This document shows positions 21,374-31,800 of a stretch of DNA of 41,975 nt, in pieces. Numbering within the stretch: position 1 is the first letter of the stretch; each line of letters starts with the position of its first letter. Source of the stretch: Savitreella phatthalungensis (Eukaryota); the NCBI GenBank assembly GCA_051599415.1, contig AP039697.1:496001-537975 (forward strand). Direction: 5' to 3'. The notes below the pieces were generated by a model that was given only the letters and a program-made list of their open reading frames with translations, was not told where the DNA came from and searched no databases. The position numbers were made by a program, and so were the translations under genes.

Positions 21374-22912
21374 ATGGCCTTCGGTGCGCTCTGGGATGGC
21401 CTGACCCGGCGCTTTCTCTCGATTCAATGGTTAATCGCTCTTCTTGTCGACCTCGCTCCATTGTACCCACGCTGGGTCATCTTCAAGCTGCCGCATGCCA
21501 TCAGCAGTTATTATGTGGATACCTTCAATGATCCCCTGGCGGCTGGCCGCAGCAAACCGGGAGGCTGGTATCATTCACTCGTCTGGCTCGAGATTGGAAT
21601 TCAAGTGCCACTGTCCCTCTGGATCGCGAGGCAATATCGTCGAGGCCGACAATATGATACAAAGACTCTTGCAGGTCTGCTATTTTACGGCGCCCAGGTC
21701 GCAACAGCGACTTATGCTTGTATATATGAGATGCTTTCTTTTGATGCCGCAACCTTAAGGGCTCAAGAGAAGCTGATCCTTTTCAGCTTCTTTGTTCCTT
21801 ATGTCATCCTGCCGCTGGGCTTCGTTTTCACTGCCGTACTACGCCTTTGCGCCAATACTCACAAGGCAAACCAACAGGCAGCTGTCCTGGCATATATCGG
21901 TCGACAAAAAGTCGATAGCCTCACTTATGTGGTAACCGGTGCAAACTCCGGCATCGGATTTGCCATAGTTGAGCAGCTGATCGATCAGTCAGAGCTCGCA
22001 TTGCAGATGAGAGTCGTTCGACTTCAGCTAATACTGACAGTCCGAGATCAGAAGAAAGCACAGGCGACACGAGTGAGACTACAAAGCCGCCTCGAGCGGT
22101 ATGATATCGAAATCACGTTTGTCATTCTCGACCTGTGCTCGATGGCGTCTGTCTCGGCTGCAGTGAAGGACATCAAGTCGCACGTGTCATCGATCGATGC
22201 GATCATTCTGAACGCAGGCATGGCCGAATTTGAGCAGCTGAGCGTATCGATTGCAATCAAACAGGTCCTCACTCGTGGTGTAGTGCATGCCATCACATAT
22301 CCTGAATATAAGGTGCAACGTCTCGGCTCGAAAACCGCCGATGGCATGACACGCATTTTCCAGGCCAATTTCTTTGGTCACTACATTATGGCTAGTCTAC
22401 TGGAGGACATCAGCAAGGCCGCCATCTGGATGAGTTCTCTTGAAGCATATAAGGAAAACTTTGATCCTCAGGACTGCCAGGCTTTGAGCCATCGCAATGG
22501 ATATGAGTCGAGCAAGCGCCTCACAGATATCATGTTCTTTGACCAGCGCGCTCGCTCCAATGGTCGCAGGTTACATCTGGTGCATCCCGGCTATTGCTCG
22601 ACCAACATCGTTTCAGCCGTTCTTCCGAGGCCTCTTCTCTATCTGTGGGAGCTCACTTTCGACTTCATGTATATATGTGGCCACCGCTTCCATACCGCCA
22701 CTGCTTATAACGGTGCCTATTGCCCAGCAAGAGTCGCTCTGAATGTCGACGTCCTGTCACAAGACGTCAAGTGGGGCTCAACCGTTTCTAGACTAGGCGT
22801 CAGTGGCATTGGAGTCACCGATTTCCCTACAGTCGATCTCAACGAGCCAGCAACAAAGCAAGTGGTCCGGGAGGTTAATGCGCTGCGCCAGGAATGGCTA
22901 AATAGACTATAG
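21374..22912 (+). CDS. ERG27: Fusion protein: N-terminal EXPERA (TMEM97/Ema19-like) membrane domain + 3-keto-steroid reductase Erg27
   Basis: The N-part has LLVDLAPLYP, YYVDTFNDPL, W..S.VWLEI..QVP, YG...AT.T..CI.E and PYVILP (EXPERA). The C-part has VVTGANSGIG (21929-21958), LILTVR...KA, ILNAG, FQANFFGHY, IWMSSLE, YESSKRLTD (22502-) and HPG (Erg27-type SDR). No stop between the two. Confidence 0.85.
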   Translation: MAFGALWDGLTRRFLSIQWLIALLVDLAPLYPRWVIFKLPHAISSYYVDTFNDPLAAGRSKPGGWYHSLVWLEIGIQVPLSLWIARQYRRGRQYDTKTLAGLLFYGAQVATATYACIYEMLSFDAATLRAQEKLILFSFFVPYVILPLGFVFTAVLRLCANTHKANQQAAVLAYIGRQKVDSLTYVVTGANSGIGFAIVEQLIDQSELALQMRVVRLQLILTVRDQKKAQATRVRLQSRLERYDIEITFVILDLCSMASVSAAVKDIKSHVSSIDAIILNAGMAEFEQLSVSIAIKQVLTRGVVHAITYPEYKVQRLGSKTADGMTRIFQANFFGHYIMASLLEDISKAAIWMSSLEAYKENFDPQDCQALSHRNGYESSKRLTDIMFFDQRARSNGRRLHLVHPGYCSTNIVSAVLPRPLLYLWELTFDFMYICGHRFHTATAYNGAYCPARVALNVDVLSQDVKWGSTVSRLGVSGIGVTDFPTVDLNEPATKQVVREVNALRQEWLNRL

Positions 22913-22926
22913 CACGTGACACGTGA
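22913..22926. promoter_or_regulatory. Tandem E-box pair (CACGTGA)x2 in the VTI1 promoter
   Basis: CACGTGACACGTGA lies immediately after the ERG27 stop and ~90 bp before the VTI1 ATG. It resembles a bHLH (Cbf1-like RTCACGTG) site. Confidence 0.35.
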
Positions 22927-23017
22927 TCTAGATCAAATCAATTGACGTCGTCCAGAGTCTGCAGTGTTAACCCCCACCCGTGAAATATCCGGATGTCCAC
23001 GAACCTAGAATCCCGTC

Positions 23018-23695
23018 ATGGCTACGGAGCGCTTCACCACATACGAGGAGGACCTACAGCTGGTTCTAACGGAGCTACAGGCATCGCTTGATTCAGCTAG
23101 TAGCCTGAAAGGTGAAGCGCGGAAGAAAGCGCTATCGTCATGCGACAGATCTCTCGACGAGGCTCGAGAGCTGGTCGGTTCGCTCGAATTGGAGTTGCAG
23201 GAAATTCCAACGGCGCAGCGCGCGGACCCAAATCGACGTGTGAGAGAAGCACGAGCCAAAGCGGACTCACTCAAGCGAGCCATAGCAGTAGAGAGAGAGT
23301 CAGGCGCACGGCGAGAGTTGTTCGGCGGCCGTGGAGCTAATGGTGGAGACGATCCATTCGCAGATACAGACGATGCCTCACACGCTCAGCGTCAAAGACT
23401 CCTTAGAGGGACTGATACACTAGAACGCACGAGTGATCGATTGACAAATGCGCAACGGCTGGCGAACGAGACTGAGAATGTTGGCGCCGGCATACTGGGG
23501 GATTTGCGAATTCAGGGCGAACAGCTGCGCAATACACGAGACCGGTTGTCGCAAGCTGACACCAATGTCGATCGCTCACTGCGCACTCTCAAGGTGATGG
23601 GCCGAAGACTGATCACCAACAAGCTCATCACAGGCAGCATCATCGCCCTGCTCGTCCTACTCATCCTGCTTGTTCTTTACTCTAAGTTCAGGTGA
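23018..23695 (+). CDS. VTI1: Vesicle transport Qb-SNARE Vti1
   Basis: Habc start F..YEED, QRQRLL.GT..LER.S.RL..AQRLA.ETE.VG..IL.DL..Q.EQL SNARE motif, and a C-terminal TM ending YSKFR. Confidence 0.93.
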   Translation: MATERFTTYEEDLQLVLTELQASLDSASSLKGEARKKALSSCDRSLDEARELVGSLELELQEIPTAQRADPNRRVREARAKADSLKRAIAVERESGARRELFGGRGANGGDDPFADTDDASHAQRQRLLRGTDTLERTSDRLTNAQRLANETENVGAGILGDLRIQGEQLRNTRDRLSQADTNVDRSLRTLKVMGRRLITNKLITGSIIALLVLLILLVLYSKFR

Positions 23696-23779
23696 AGGTG
23701 AAAACAATTGAGTTGACCATGCAGAACAAGTGATAATGCTTATGCTACGAGGAGACATTCGAGACGGCAGGCTTCTACA

Positions 23780-24781
23780 TCATTCCTCTTCCTCATCCGA
23801 TTCATCCTCGTCTTCGTCGCCAGAGACCTCGAGGTTATCCTGCTCTGCCTTGAGCATGAGCTCTTGGAGCTCTGCCTCATCCGCATCGGATGTAGAGAAT
23901 GGCTTGCGCTTGATGACCAAGTTGCCACCACGTGACCTGATGGATTTTTCAATCTCGGAGATGGCATCGTCCAGACGTTTGATGCCTTGAGTCTTGTCGA
24001 GTGCCTGTGTAAGGACAACGAATAGTGGTGCAGCGACAAGCTTGACTTGAACTTTGCCCTGCTCTACGCCTGCTGCTTTTGCTTCTGCAGCCGCAACTTG
24101 TTCCTTCTCAGGATCTGCCGCCGCGGCTGCCTGGAGTGCCTCAGAAGGCTTGTGTGCAGCCTTGAGGGCCTCCTTGATAGCGTCGATGCCATCGTATCCA
24201 AAGCATGTCACTTCGATGTCCGCACGACACTTGATTGCCTGCGGCGTGAGCCTGCGGGAGATCTGCTGCAACAGATCTCGCTTGACCTCAGGTGACGGGA
24301 AATCGATGCCGTCAAAGATGACATCTGGCTGAGCGATCGCCATTTTGAAGGCATCGTACGCGTGGCCATGCTTGCGTGCGAGAGGCCATCCGATCCGTTC
24401 GTAGAACTCTTCGAGCGATACATTGTGCTTTTCTGCAACGTTCCGAAGGATCGAGTGGACACTTTTGGACTTGTTATAGCGTTCCTCACACTTGGCGATG
24501 TCTTCAGGTGAAACACGACGTTTCGACAAGTCGATATATCCCTTCTCCTTATCAACACGCAGAACAACGACGACCTCGTTGCGCCCGACGCGGATGAGTT
24601 TCTGAATGGAACGAATCCGCCGCCGAGAGAGCTCACTGAGCAGGATCATGCCCTCGATGTTGTCGTACTCGAGCAGGCGGACATACGCCCCCATCTCTGC
24701 GATCTGCCGAACATTGACGACGGTGAGCTCATCGACTTCTGGGAGTTTGTTCTCGTAATACCTGCAGGAGGTGAGACTCAT
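23780..24781 (-). CDS. SUI2: Translation initiation factor eIF2 alpha subunit
   Basis: MSLTSCRYYENKLPEVD, EGMILLSELSRRRIRSIQKLIRVG (Ser51 loop), KGYIDLSKRRV and an acidic C-terminus. ATG at 24781. Confidence 0.97.
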   Translation of the reverse strand: MSLTSCRYYENKLPEVDELTVVNVRQIAEMGAYVRLLEYDNIEGMILLSELSRRRIRSIQKLIRVGRNEVVVVLRVDKEKGYIDLSKRRVSPEDIAKCEERYNKSKSVHSILRNVAEKHNVSLEEFYERIGWPLARKHGHAYDAFKMAIAQPDVIFDGIDFPSPEVKRDLLQQISRRLTPQAIKCRADIEVTCFGYDGIDAIKEALKAAHKPSEALQAAAAADPEKEQVAAAEAKAAGVEQGKVQVKLVAAPLFVVLTQALDKTQGIKRLDDAISEIEKSIRSRGGNLVIKRKPFSTSDADEAELQELMLKAEQDNLEVSGDEDEDESDEEEE

Positions 24782-26234
24782 GGTGACTCGCACGGGACTA
24801 GAAGATTTCGAGTCGCGCGTTTGATGTGGTCAGGCTCCAGGCTGCCAAATTCTTTTGCCTAGATTTGCTGCAGCTGAGACGTCGTGACGTGCGCTGCCTC
24901 TTCGTAAATCGCGTAGTGCTCGAAAGCACGTCGGAAGATGTGGATTGGCTTTCCGGGAGCGTGAGCAGCAAGTTTTGAAGAGTGACTTGTGCCAACCTAA
25001 CTTGAAAATGAGGCATGCGAGACGACCAGGACGTAGACATTTTTTATCGTGTGAGTCACGTGTTTGTGGCTTCGTTCGCTGTGCCACAAATGGTTGAGTC
25101 GCAACTGGGCACCACTGTACTGATATCGCGGCGCGTCGGGCGAACGAAGCAAGATATCGACAGAACCAGAAATTGAGACAACGACGGCAGGCTGATCTAA
25201 TAAAGTCCATGATGAGCATTAGCTCCGCGATCGACGTCTTGATTCCGGACAAAGATATTCTTAGTCGAACAAAGAGGCGAACGCCAGATTCCCACGGACC
25301 ATGCATAGCATAGAGCGAGGTTTCTTGTATATCGAGTTCTGATAGCCGTGCGTGCATCAATTGTCATTAACCTGAGTAGATTGGCGAGTCTAGGACAGCT
25401 CGATTGCCACCTAGAAATCCATTTTTCCAGTAACATTGCTAGCTAAGCAGGCGATTTTGTATAGCGACACCAGAAATGCTGCGTAGCTGCAGACACTTCT
25501 CCAACTCCATCGAGAGGCTCTAAAGCTTTGTCCACGCACATCCCTGAATCGGCAATGTTATTCCTGGTCATACCTGTCATATCTCGCTGCTCTTTCCGCA
25601 TTTGTATGCCATGCAGACGCTTAGTGGATCATGTCATTAACTAATGATAAGGGGTGCTCTAGATTATAACACTCGCTCCCCGAGACGGGCGTTCCCGCTG
25701 ATCGTGGGCCATCACGCGATCGTGCACGTTTCCTGGATTACGTCCATGCCGTCATTTCGCTTGACTTCTTTCTGTATTCATGACTTAACGGATAAAGTTA
25801 CCTTCCGGGCGTAGTATTGTCGTTTTCTCACTCACTGAGAATGCTTGATGAGCTCTCTAGTTTGCCGACCAAGCGCGTATCGGATCTCGCAGCGCTTACT
25901 CCACTCACGAAGAGCATTTTCTAACAGCTTGCCGGCTAAAACATTGTTGGTCTGTGCTCCTTGTTTCATCTTCTCGAAACGCTCGTCGTCGTGATCTCAA
26001 TCTTCTCAACTGACAAAATGTTCGTCGGGCCGTCGTATCTTCGGCTCAACACGCTTTTCCAGACACGGTACTCATCTTCTCGCATGCAAGGAAAGCGTCA
26101 GGTGACCCCACGCTGAAAGCCTTTTGTCGAATACCCTTTCCTCGTATACGTCCAATCGTTTTCGCGAGGCTTTGCAGGGGAGAGCTTTGCAGCAAAAAGG
26201 TCGATTGAACACTGAAATCCTGCTCATACATCTC

Positions 26235-28574
26235 ATGAGTAGCCGGGCCACTGATCAATCCGATGTGGGCAGAGCGACCTACGTTGGGATCGAGCGATGG
26301 ATGAAGCGCATGGTCTTTGTCATGCTCAGCATCGCTATGCTCACGGCGGGTCTACAAGCCGAGATTCTGGGCGATGCGGCACCTACGATCGCGGTGGTCT
26401 TTTCTGCTCAAACCATGATAAGTTGGCTTGGTGCCGCGGGTTTTCTCATTCAAGCAGCTACAGAACTCTTTTTTGGTCGGATCTTCGACCTGATCGAGCC
26501 ACGCATAATCATGCTTTTTCTCGCAAGCAGCTTCATACTCGGCACCGTGCTCTCAGCTACAGCTACAAGCTTTGAGGTCATTGTCCTTGGCCAAGCAATC
26601 TGCGGCCTTGCACGATCAGGCATAGTCATTGGCAGTGTGATGATTCTTGCCGTTTTAGAGTCCGACCGGCATAAACGGGCTATGCTCGTCGCCATCGTTT
26701 CTGGAATGTATGGTATCATGCTGAAGCTTGCTCCCGTCGTGGCAGGAGCAATTTTGACTCGTCATTCTGACGATCAATGGCGCTGGGTCTTTTGGGTCGC
26801 ACTTCCGCTACAAATCATGATCTTCATCGGAGCTTTCGCAATGCCGACTCTGCGAAGACGACGGAACGCCTTTCTCCATGGCCTTTGCCAGATTGATATT
26901 ATCGGTGGAGTGCTCTCCGCCTCCTGGATTATCTGCTTTGTCCTTCCTTTTGTGTTGATGCAAAAGTTCAGTGGTGAGCAGCACTGGGGAAACATGAAGC
27001 TCATCGTCCTTTACATTTTAACTCCTCTGCTAGCCTTGTTTTCAACCTGGTGGGAGTGGCGAAAGCCGGAGTCGAAGCGCTATATTCCTCTTCGAATTAT
27101 CACGGCTGATCGATCGGTCATCTGCTATGCAATCACCTCTGCCGTCTCCTCTTTCATCATCGCCGCCTCAACGTTTTACATGCCTGTCTATTTACAGATT
27201 GTCCGCAAATCGAGTCCACTTCTTGCAGCCCTTCAGCAATTGCCGTGCATCTTGCTTGGCTCACTTGCATCAGTAATTGTCGGCAGATTCATCCTGACCT
27301 GGGGTCCGACAACCCCGCGCGCCTGGTGCGTCGTCGGAAATCTCGTTGCCGCCGTGGCAGGGCTTTCTTTTTGGGCCACGGACTACGACATGTCGCTGAC
27401 AAGCTGGTTCGCCACCACGATCGTGCTTGGCATCGGTTCGGGAATCACATTCGCCATCGGAGTGACACTGATCATCGAGAAAGTACCATCTTCGCGTTTC
27501 GGTGCTGCATCAGCGTTCATGTCTACTGCAACAGCTTTGGGAGGGGTCCTTGGTATCACGCTACACGGCATTATGGTGTCGAATTCTCACTCGCTATTTT
27601 ACGAGCGAGCTCGCAATGCTGCTGAGCGATATGTTGACAGTAGCGACCCGAGGATCGCTTTACAAGCGTCTCAAGTTCTGAACGACCTGGAAAACACAAC
27701 AGCAATGGCAGTAGCCGTGGGGACGCACGCCGGACCCTTAGCAAGTCTTGACTCTATCGATATTAGCAGTGTATTTCCGGGACAGACTGCCGACAACATC
27801 TATCGCCAGATGCACCATGACTCGATGAAACAGGCGCTTGTCATGTATGCTGTTGCGGCTGTGCTGGGCTTGATCGCATCGCTTTTCGTCCGACCTCATG
27901 TGACGCTAGATGATCAAATCGCTGTAACGTCAGTCAGCGAGGCACGCCACAACACCCCGTCATCTAGACAAATTTCCACAACGACATCAGAGGATCCAGA
28001 AAAGATCGTTTACAAGGTCCAGCAGATATCTCATGCATCGCAAAGGTTCCGTCACACGTTACACGATTCTTTCGACGCAAAAGACTCAGCCACGTTCCAT
28101 ATGAAGGGCAAGGACGACATGGCGGTCGCAGTCGGACCGGCGCCTGGAGTTCTTGAGACGGACGAGCTTGACAATCAGAATGGTCCCATGAGACAGCGTC
28201 GTGATTCTTTTGGCTCAATTAACTGTGCGAATCAGTCTGAGCTCGTACTCTACCGAGCTCGAGATTGTTGTGCGGTGGATGACGCTTCAGCAGCGACGTC
28301 ACCGCACTCGCAACTTTCCATTCCGCAGCCGGTTTGCCACCGCTCGATGCATGCACACCCGCGTCCGTGGTCGTCTGACACTCTAAATCCTTCTTCGAAG
28401 CATCATGGCTCCGATTCTCTGACGGAGTCTTTTCCTCAACAGCGACAAACTGTTGATCAACGTAACTGCTTTGATTTATTCACCCCTGAGCATGAAACAT
28501 CGACGACTCCGTGTGGTGCACCACAAGATTCGGCATTTCTCCCAGCACCATCGATTGCAATCGCTCGACTGTAG
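26235..28574 (+). CDS. Major facilitator superfamily transporter (DHA2/14-TM-like) with a long hydrophilic C-terminal tail
   Basis: Many TM segments; WL.AAGFL...A....FGRIFD, WRWVFWVALP, IDIIG, FYMPVYLQIV...SPL.A and LGGVLGI motifs. First ATG at 26235. Confidence 0.85.
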   Translation: MSSRATDQSDVGRATYVGIERWMKRMVFVMLSIAMLTAGLQAEILGDAAPTIAVVFSAQTMISWLGAAGFLIQAATELFFGRIFDLIEPRIIMLFLASSFILGTVLSATATSFEVIVLGQAICGLARSGIVIGSVMILAVLESDRHKRAMLVAIVSGMYGIMLKLAPVVAGAILTRHSDDQWRWVFWVALPLQIMIFIGAFAMPTLRRRRNAFLHGLCQIDIIGGVLSASWIICFVLPFVLMQKFSGEQHWGNMKLIVLYILTPLLALFSTWWEWRKPESKRYIPLRIITADRSVICYAITSAVSSFIIAASTFYMPVYLQIVRKSSPLLAALQQLPCILLGSLASVIVGRFILTWGPTTPRAWCVVGNLVAAVAGLSFWATDYDMSLTSWFATTIVLGIGSGITFAIGVTLIIEKVPSSRFGAASAFMSTATALGGVLGITLHGIMVSNSHSLFYERARNAAERYVDSSDPRIALQASQVLNDLENTTAMAVAVGTHAGPLASLDSIDISSVFPGQTADNIYRQMHHDSMKQALVMYAVAAVLGLIASLFVRPHVTLDDQIAVTSVSEARHNTPSSRQISTTTSEDPEKIVYKVQQISHASQRFRHTLHDSFDAKDSATFHMKGKDDMAVAVGPAPGVLETDELDNQNGPMRQRRDSFGSINCANQSELVLYRARDCCAVDDASAATSPHSQLSIPQPVCHRSMHAHPRPWSSDTLNPSSKHHGSDSLTESFPQQRQTVDQRNCFDLFTPEHETSTTPCGAPQDSAFLPAPSIAIARL

Positions 28575-28861
28575 TCACGCACCTCAGGCGACTCCGTGTA
28601 TGGTACCCCACTTGCAGTGCTTAGCATTACTACGCTCGATATTCATGCGAACGCGAACTAAGAAGACTCATTCGTGACTGCTTGCGAGCCTGCACTGTTC
28701 CAGCTGCGCTTCCAAGTAATTTTAGTTCTCGAGAAGATAGCATTTCTATGATTGAGCTATGAGACCTAAATGACAAGATGGCATAAGAAAGAAGAAGAAA
28801 GGATAGGCGTGCCACTTCATTGCTAAAGATGATTCGTTCAAGGGGCTTAGAGACAAGCGCT

Positions 28862-31800
28862 TCACCGGCCTGCCAGGACTCCCGCAGCACTGCAGCTGTA
28901 AAGTGCAGGATCGTAGCACGCCTGCCCACAAGCCTGTGTGACAACGCCGTTGATGATTGGGCATAGCTGGGCATCGCTGTAACAAGTGTAGGAAGACTTG
29001 TCGTACGTCGTGGTCCCGCAAAGGCCTAAGCCTCCGGAGACAGGGGTCGCGCCTGCTTCAGCACCCTGAGCAAGCTTGCCCGTCACAGTATCGCAGTGGT
29101 ACAGCGCTGGGTTGTAGCAATCGTTGCCGCACAGCTTGGAGACGACATTGCCCTGGATCGGACACAGCTTGTTGCCGTAACAGGTGTACGAGGCTGGATC
29201 GTACTGAGCCGCGCCGCAAGACTGCAGGCTCGGAGCCGAGACAGGCTTGGGAATCGACGAAGCTACACCGACGAGAATCTGGCCTGATGGACAAGCGTAT
29301 TTCGCTGGATCGTAACACGCACCTGCGCAGTTGTAGTAAATCGTGCCGGCTTGAATCGGGCACAATTGCGAATCGTCCCAGCACACGTACCAGCCTTCAG
29401 TGAATTTGGTGCCCGCGCATGTGCCACTGGTTGTGTAGATGCGACCAGATCCTGTAGCAGAGCCAACCTGACCTGGAGTCATGTCAGACGCGCCAGGGGC
29501 GAGAGCAGCGCCAGAGGACGCAGCCACGACTCCCACTGTCGTCGTCTCGGAAGGCGCGGTAGTCACTGGAAGACCAGCACCTGGTCCGCCCGCGGTCGAG
29601 CCGGTCGAACCGGATGAGCCAGTGGCACCAGCGGATTCAGTCGAGCCGCCCGAGCTATTGGGCGGCGCGGAGCCAGAGACTGCGCCAGTGCCAGAGTTAC
29701 CAGATGAGCCAGTAGAGCCCGAGGAGGAGCTGCCTTGATTGTTCGAGACAGAATCTCCGGGTGGCGAACCACTCGAGCTCTGAGATCCGGAGGTCGAGCC
29801 ACTCGAGATAGTGGAACCAGAAGAGGACCCGGTTGAGTCAGACGATCCAGATGACCCAGACGACCCAGCGGAACCGGTCGAGGCAGAAGATCCAGGAAGG
29901 CCACTCGAGCTAGAAGAGCCGTTTGAGCCTGATGATTCGGTCGAAGTGTCTGTGCCACTGTTGCTAGAGCCTGATGATGCGCCTGCATTCGTGCCGCTGG
30001 CAACACTCGATCCAGCGCCAGAGCCAACCACAGTCTGCGTCGACGAGGACTGCGTTACTGTAGTCAAGGTCGAACCGCCAATTGTTAGCGTGCCGCCACC
30101 AGCAGTGATCGTTGTGGGCGGCAAGACCGTGGTAGATGTGGTTGCAACAACAGTAGTCGACGTTGCGGCCGGGACACTAAAAGCCGAGGAGCCAGTCGAG
30201 GCACTTGATGCACTAGCCGAAGAGGTTGACACGCTTGAGGTGCCAGCGGATGTGCTTGTACTGCTTGAAGCAGATGTACTCGTGTTCATCATGACGCTCG
30301 CGCTGCTGGAAGGAACGGTCGAGGTGGTCGAGACGATCGAGTCCATGGAGCTCGCGGAAGAGGGTAACGTGCCACTCGTAGATACGCTGCTGGGAAAGAT
30401 GGCAGATACAGACACGCTTGAACTTGCAGGTAGAATCACTGGCGAGCCTGAGACGGTGGTCGAGAGGGAGATCGTACTTGTCAGCGAGACCGGAAGCTGA
30501 CTGGTTATGCCAGTGACGGTCGCCGTCACAGGAACGGTGCCAGAAGCAGTAACAGCCAGCTGGAAGTTGCCAGCACCGCCAAGACCGGCAGCGTATGTCA
30601 GATACCAGGTCAAGGAAGCACCTCCGTCCAACCAGCTAGAACTGTAGTTGGGATCACTGAAGGTCTGATATGCTGCGGTAGCGTTAGATATCGCCAGGTT
30701 GGCATACAGAATGCCCTTCCAGCCAGACGTGAGTGTTGGCGCCAGGGCGCCCAAAAGAGCAGACCATTCCTGTGCAACAAACTTAGGCTGGCGAATGAAG
30801 GCTGAGACCGGAGTCAATGGGATCATGTGAATACCCTGAATGTATTCAAGGTTGCTGCCAAAGTAGGTCGTGTGGTCGATCTTGTTCTCAAAAGTGATGC
30901 CCGCCACATAGTTGTTGATCATGGCAGGAGGCATGACTGTGTTGTCGGGTCCGAGAAGCATGTAGTCATTCATAGCCCGCCGCATGATGGAGAGCTGCAG
31001 ATTGGCGCGGGCTTCCATGGACGGATCACCGATGACCTTACCCCACAGCTTGATAGCGTATATCGAGTTGTAATCTTCCGAGCTCGACTCTTCGTCTTTG
31101 CCGTCCGCGGATTCTGTAATACCGTGTGCCCAACTGTGTCCGGCGAACCAGTCGAAAGAACGAGAGAAGGGCAGATACGGATCGCTGGTCGACGGATTGG
31201 CGTAGTCACGAATCAAAGTATTGACCCAGGCTTTGTTCTTTCCTTGCTGCAACCAGGTCGGGTCGATGTGCGCGATAACAGCAGCGGTATAAACATGATA
31301 GCCGTAGTGGAAGTGATGGTCATTGTAGACAGCATTGCCGAAGTCGCAATCCCGCTGAGCTGTGCCACCGGCGTCACCACAACTCGACATGACGCCCTTC
31401 CAGACGGTGTCATATGCGACCGGGTTGATATTGCTGCTGCCAATGAATGGGGCGAAGGCAGACTTCAGAGATGACAAGCACGAGGTCGCGTCAGAGCCAA
31501 GAACGTCATTGACAACGAGACAGATCTGCGCGAACTTGGCCAGAGCCTTCCCAGAGAAGTACATGCTGTCCATGTTGGTCTGAGCAGCCATGTTCTGTTG
31601 CAGCTCGGCGTTGGCAGCCTTCGCGATAAGCTGCAGAGCAGAGGCAGAATAGTTCTGCAGATTTCCAAGCGGACTCCACGGCAGCCAGTTGATGTCGGTT
31701 GGCAGGTTGTTCTCGCTGAATGAAAGTGTATTACCCTGATATGCACGCATCAATCCTTTGGTGTTGGACCAAAGCTTGAGCGAGGTCGGTACGCCGGCAG

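Noticed and set aside
24830..26123. ORFs or ncRNA in the long SUI2-MFS intergenic region (also 4867-6177 and 33038-34699)
   Set aside because: Mostly non-ATG ORFs with no motifs or codon bias. No recognisable tRNA, snRNA, snoRNA or telomerase-template (CTAACCCTAA) signature by eye; an Infernal/Rfam scan would be needed.
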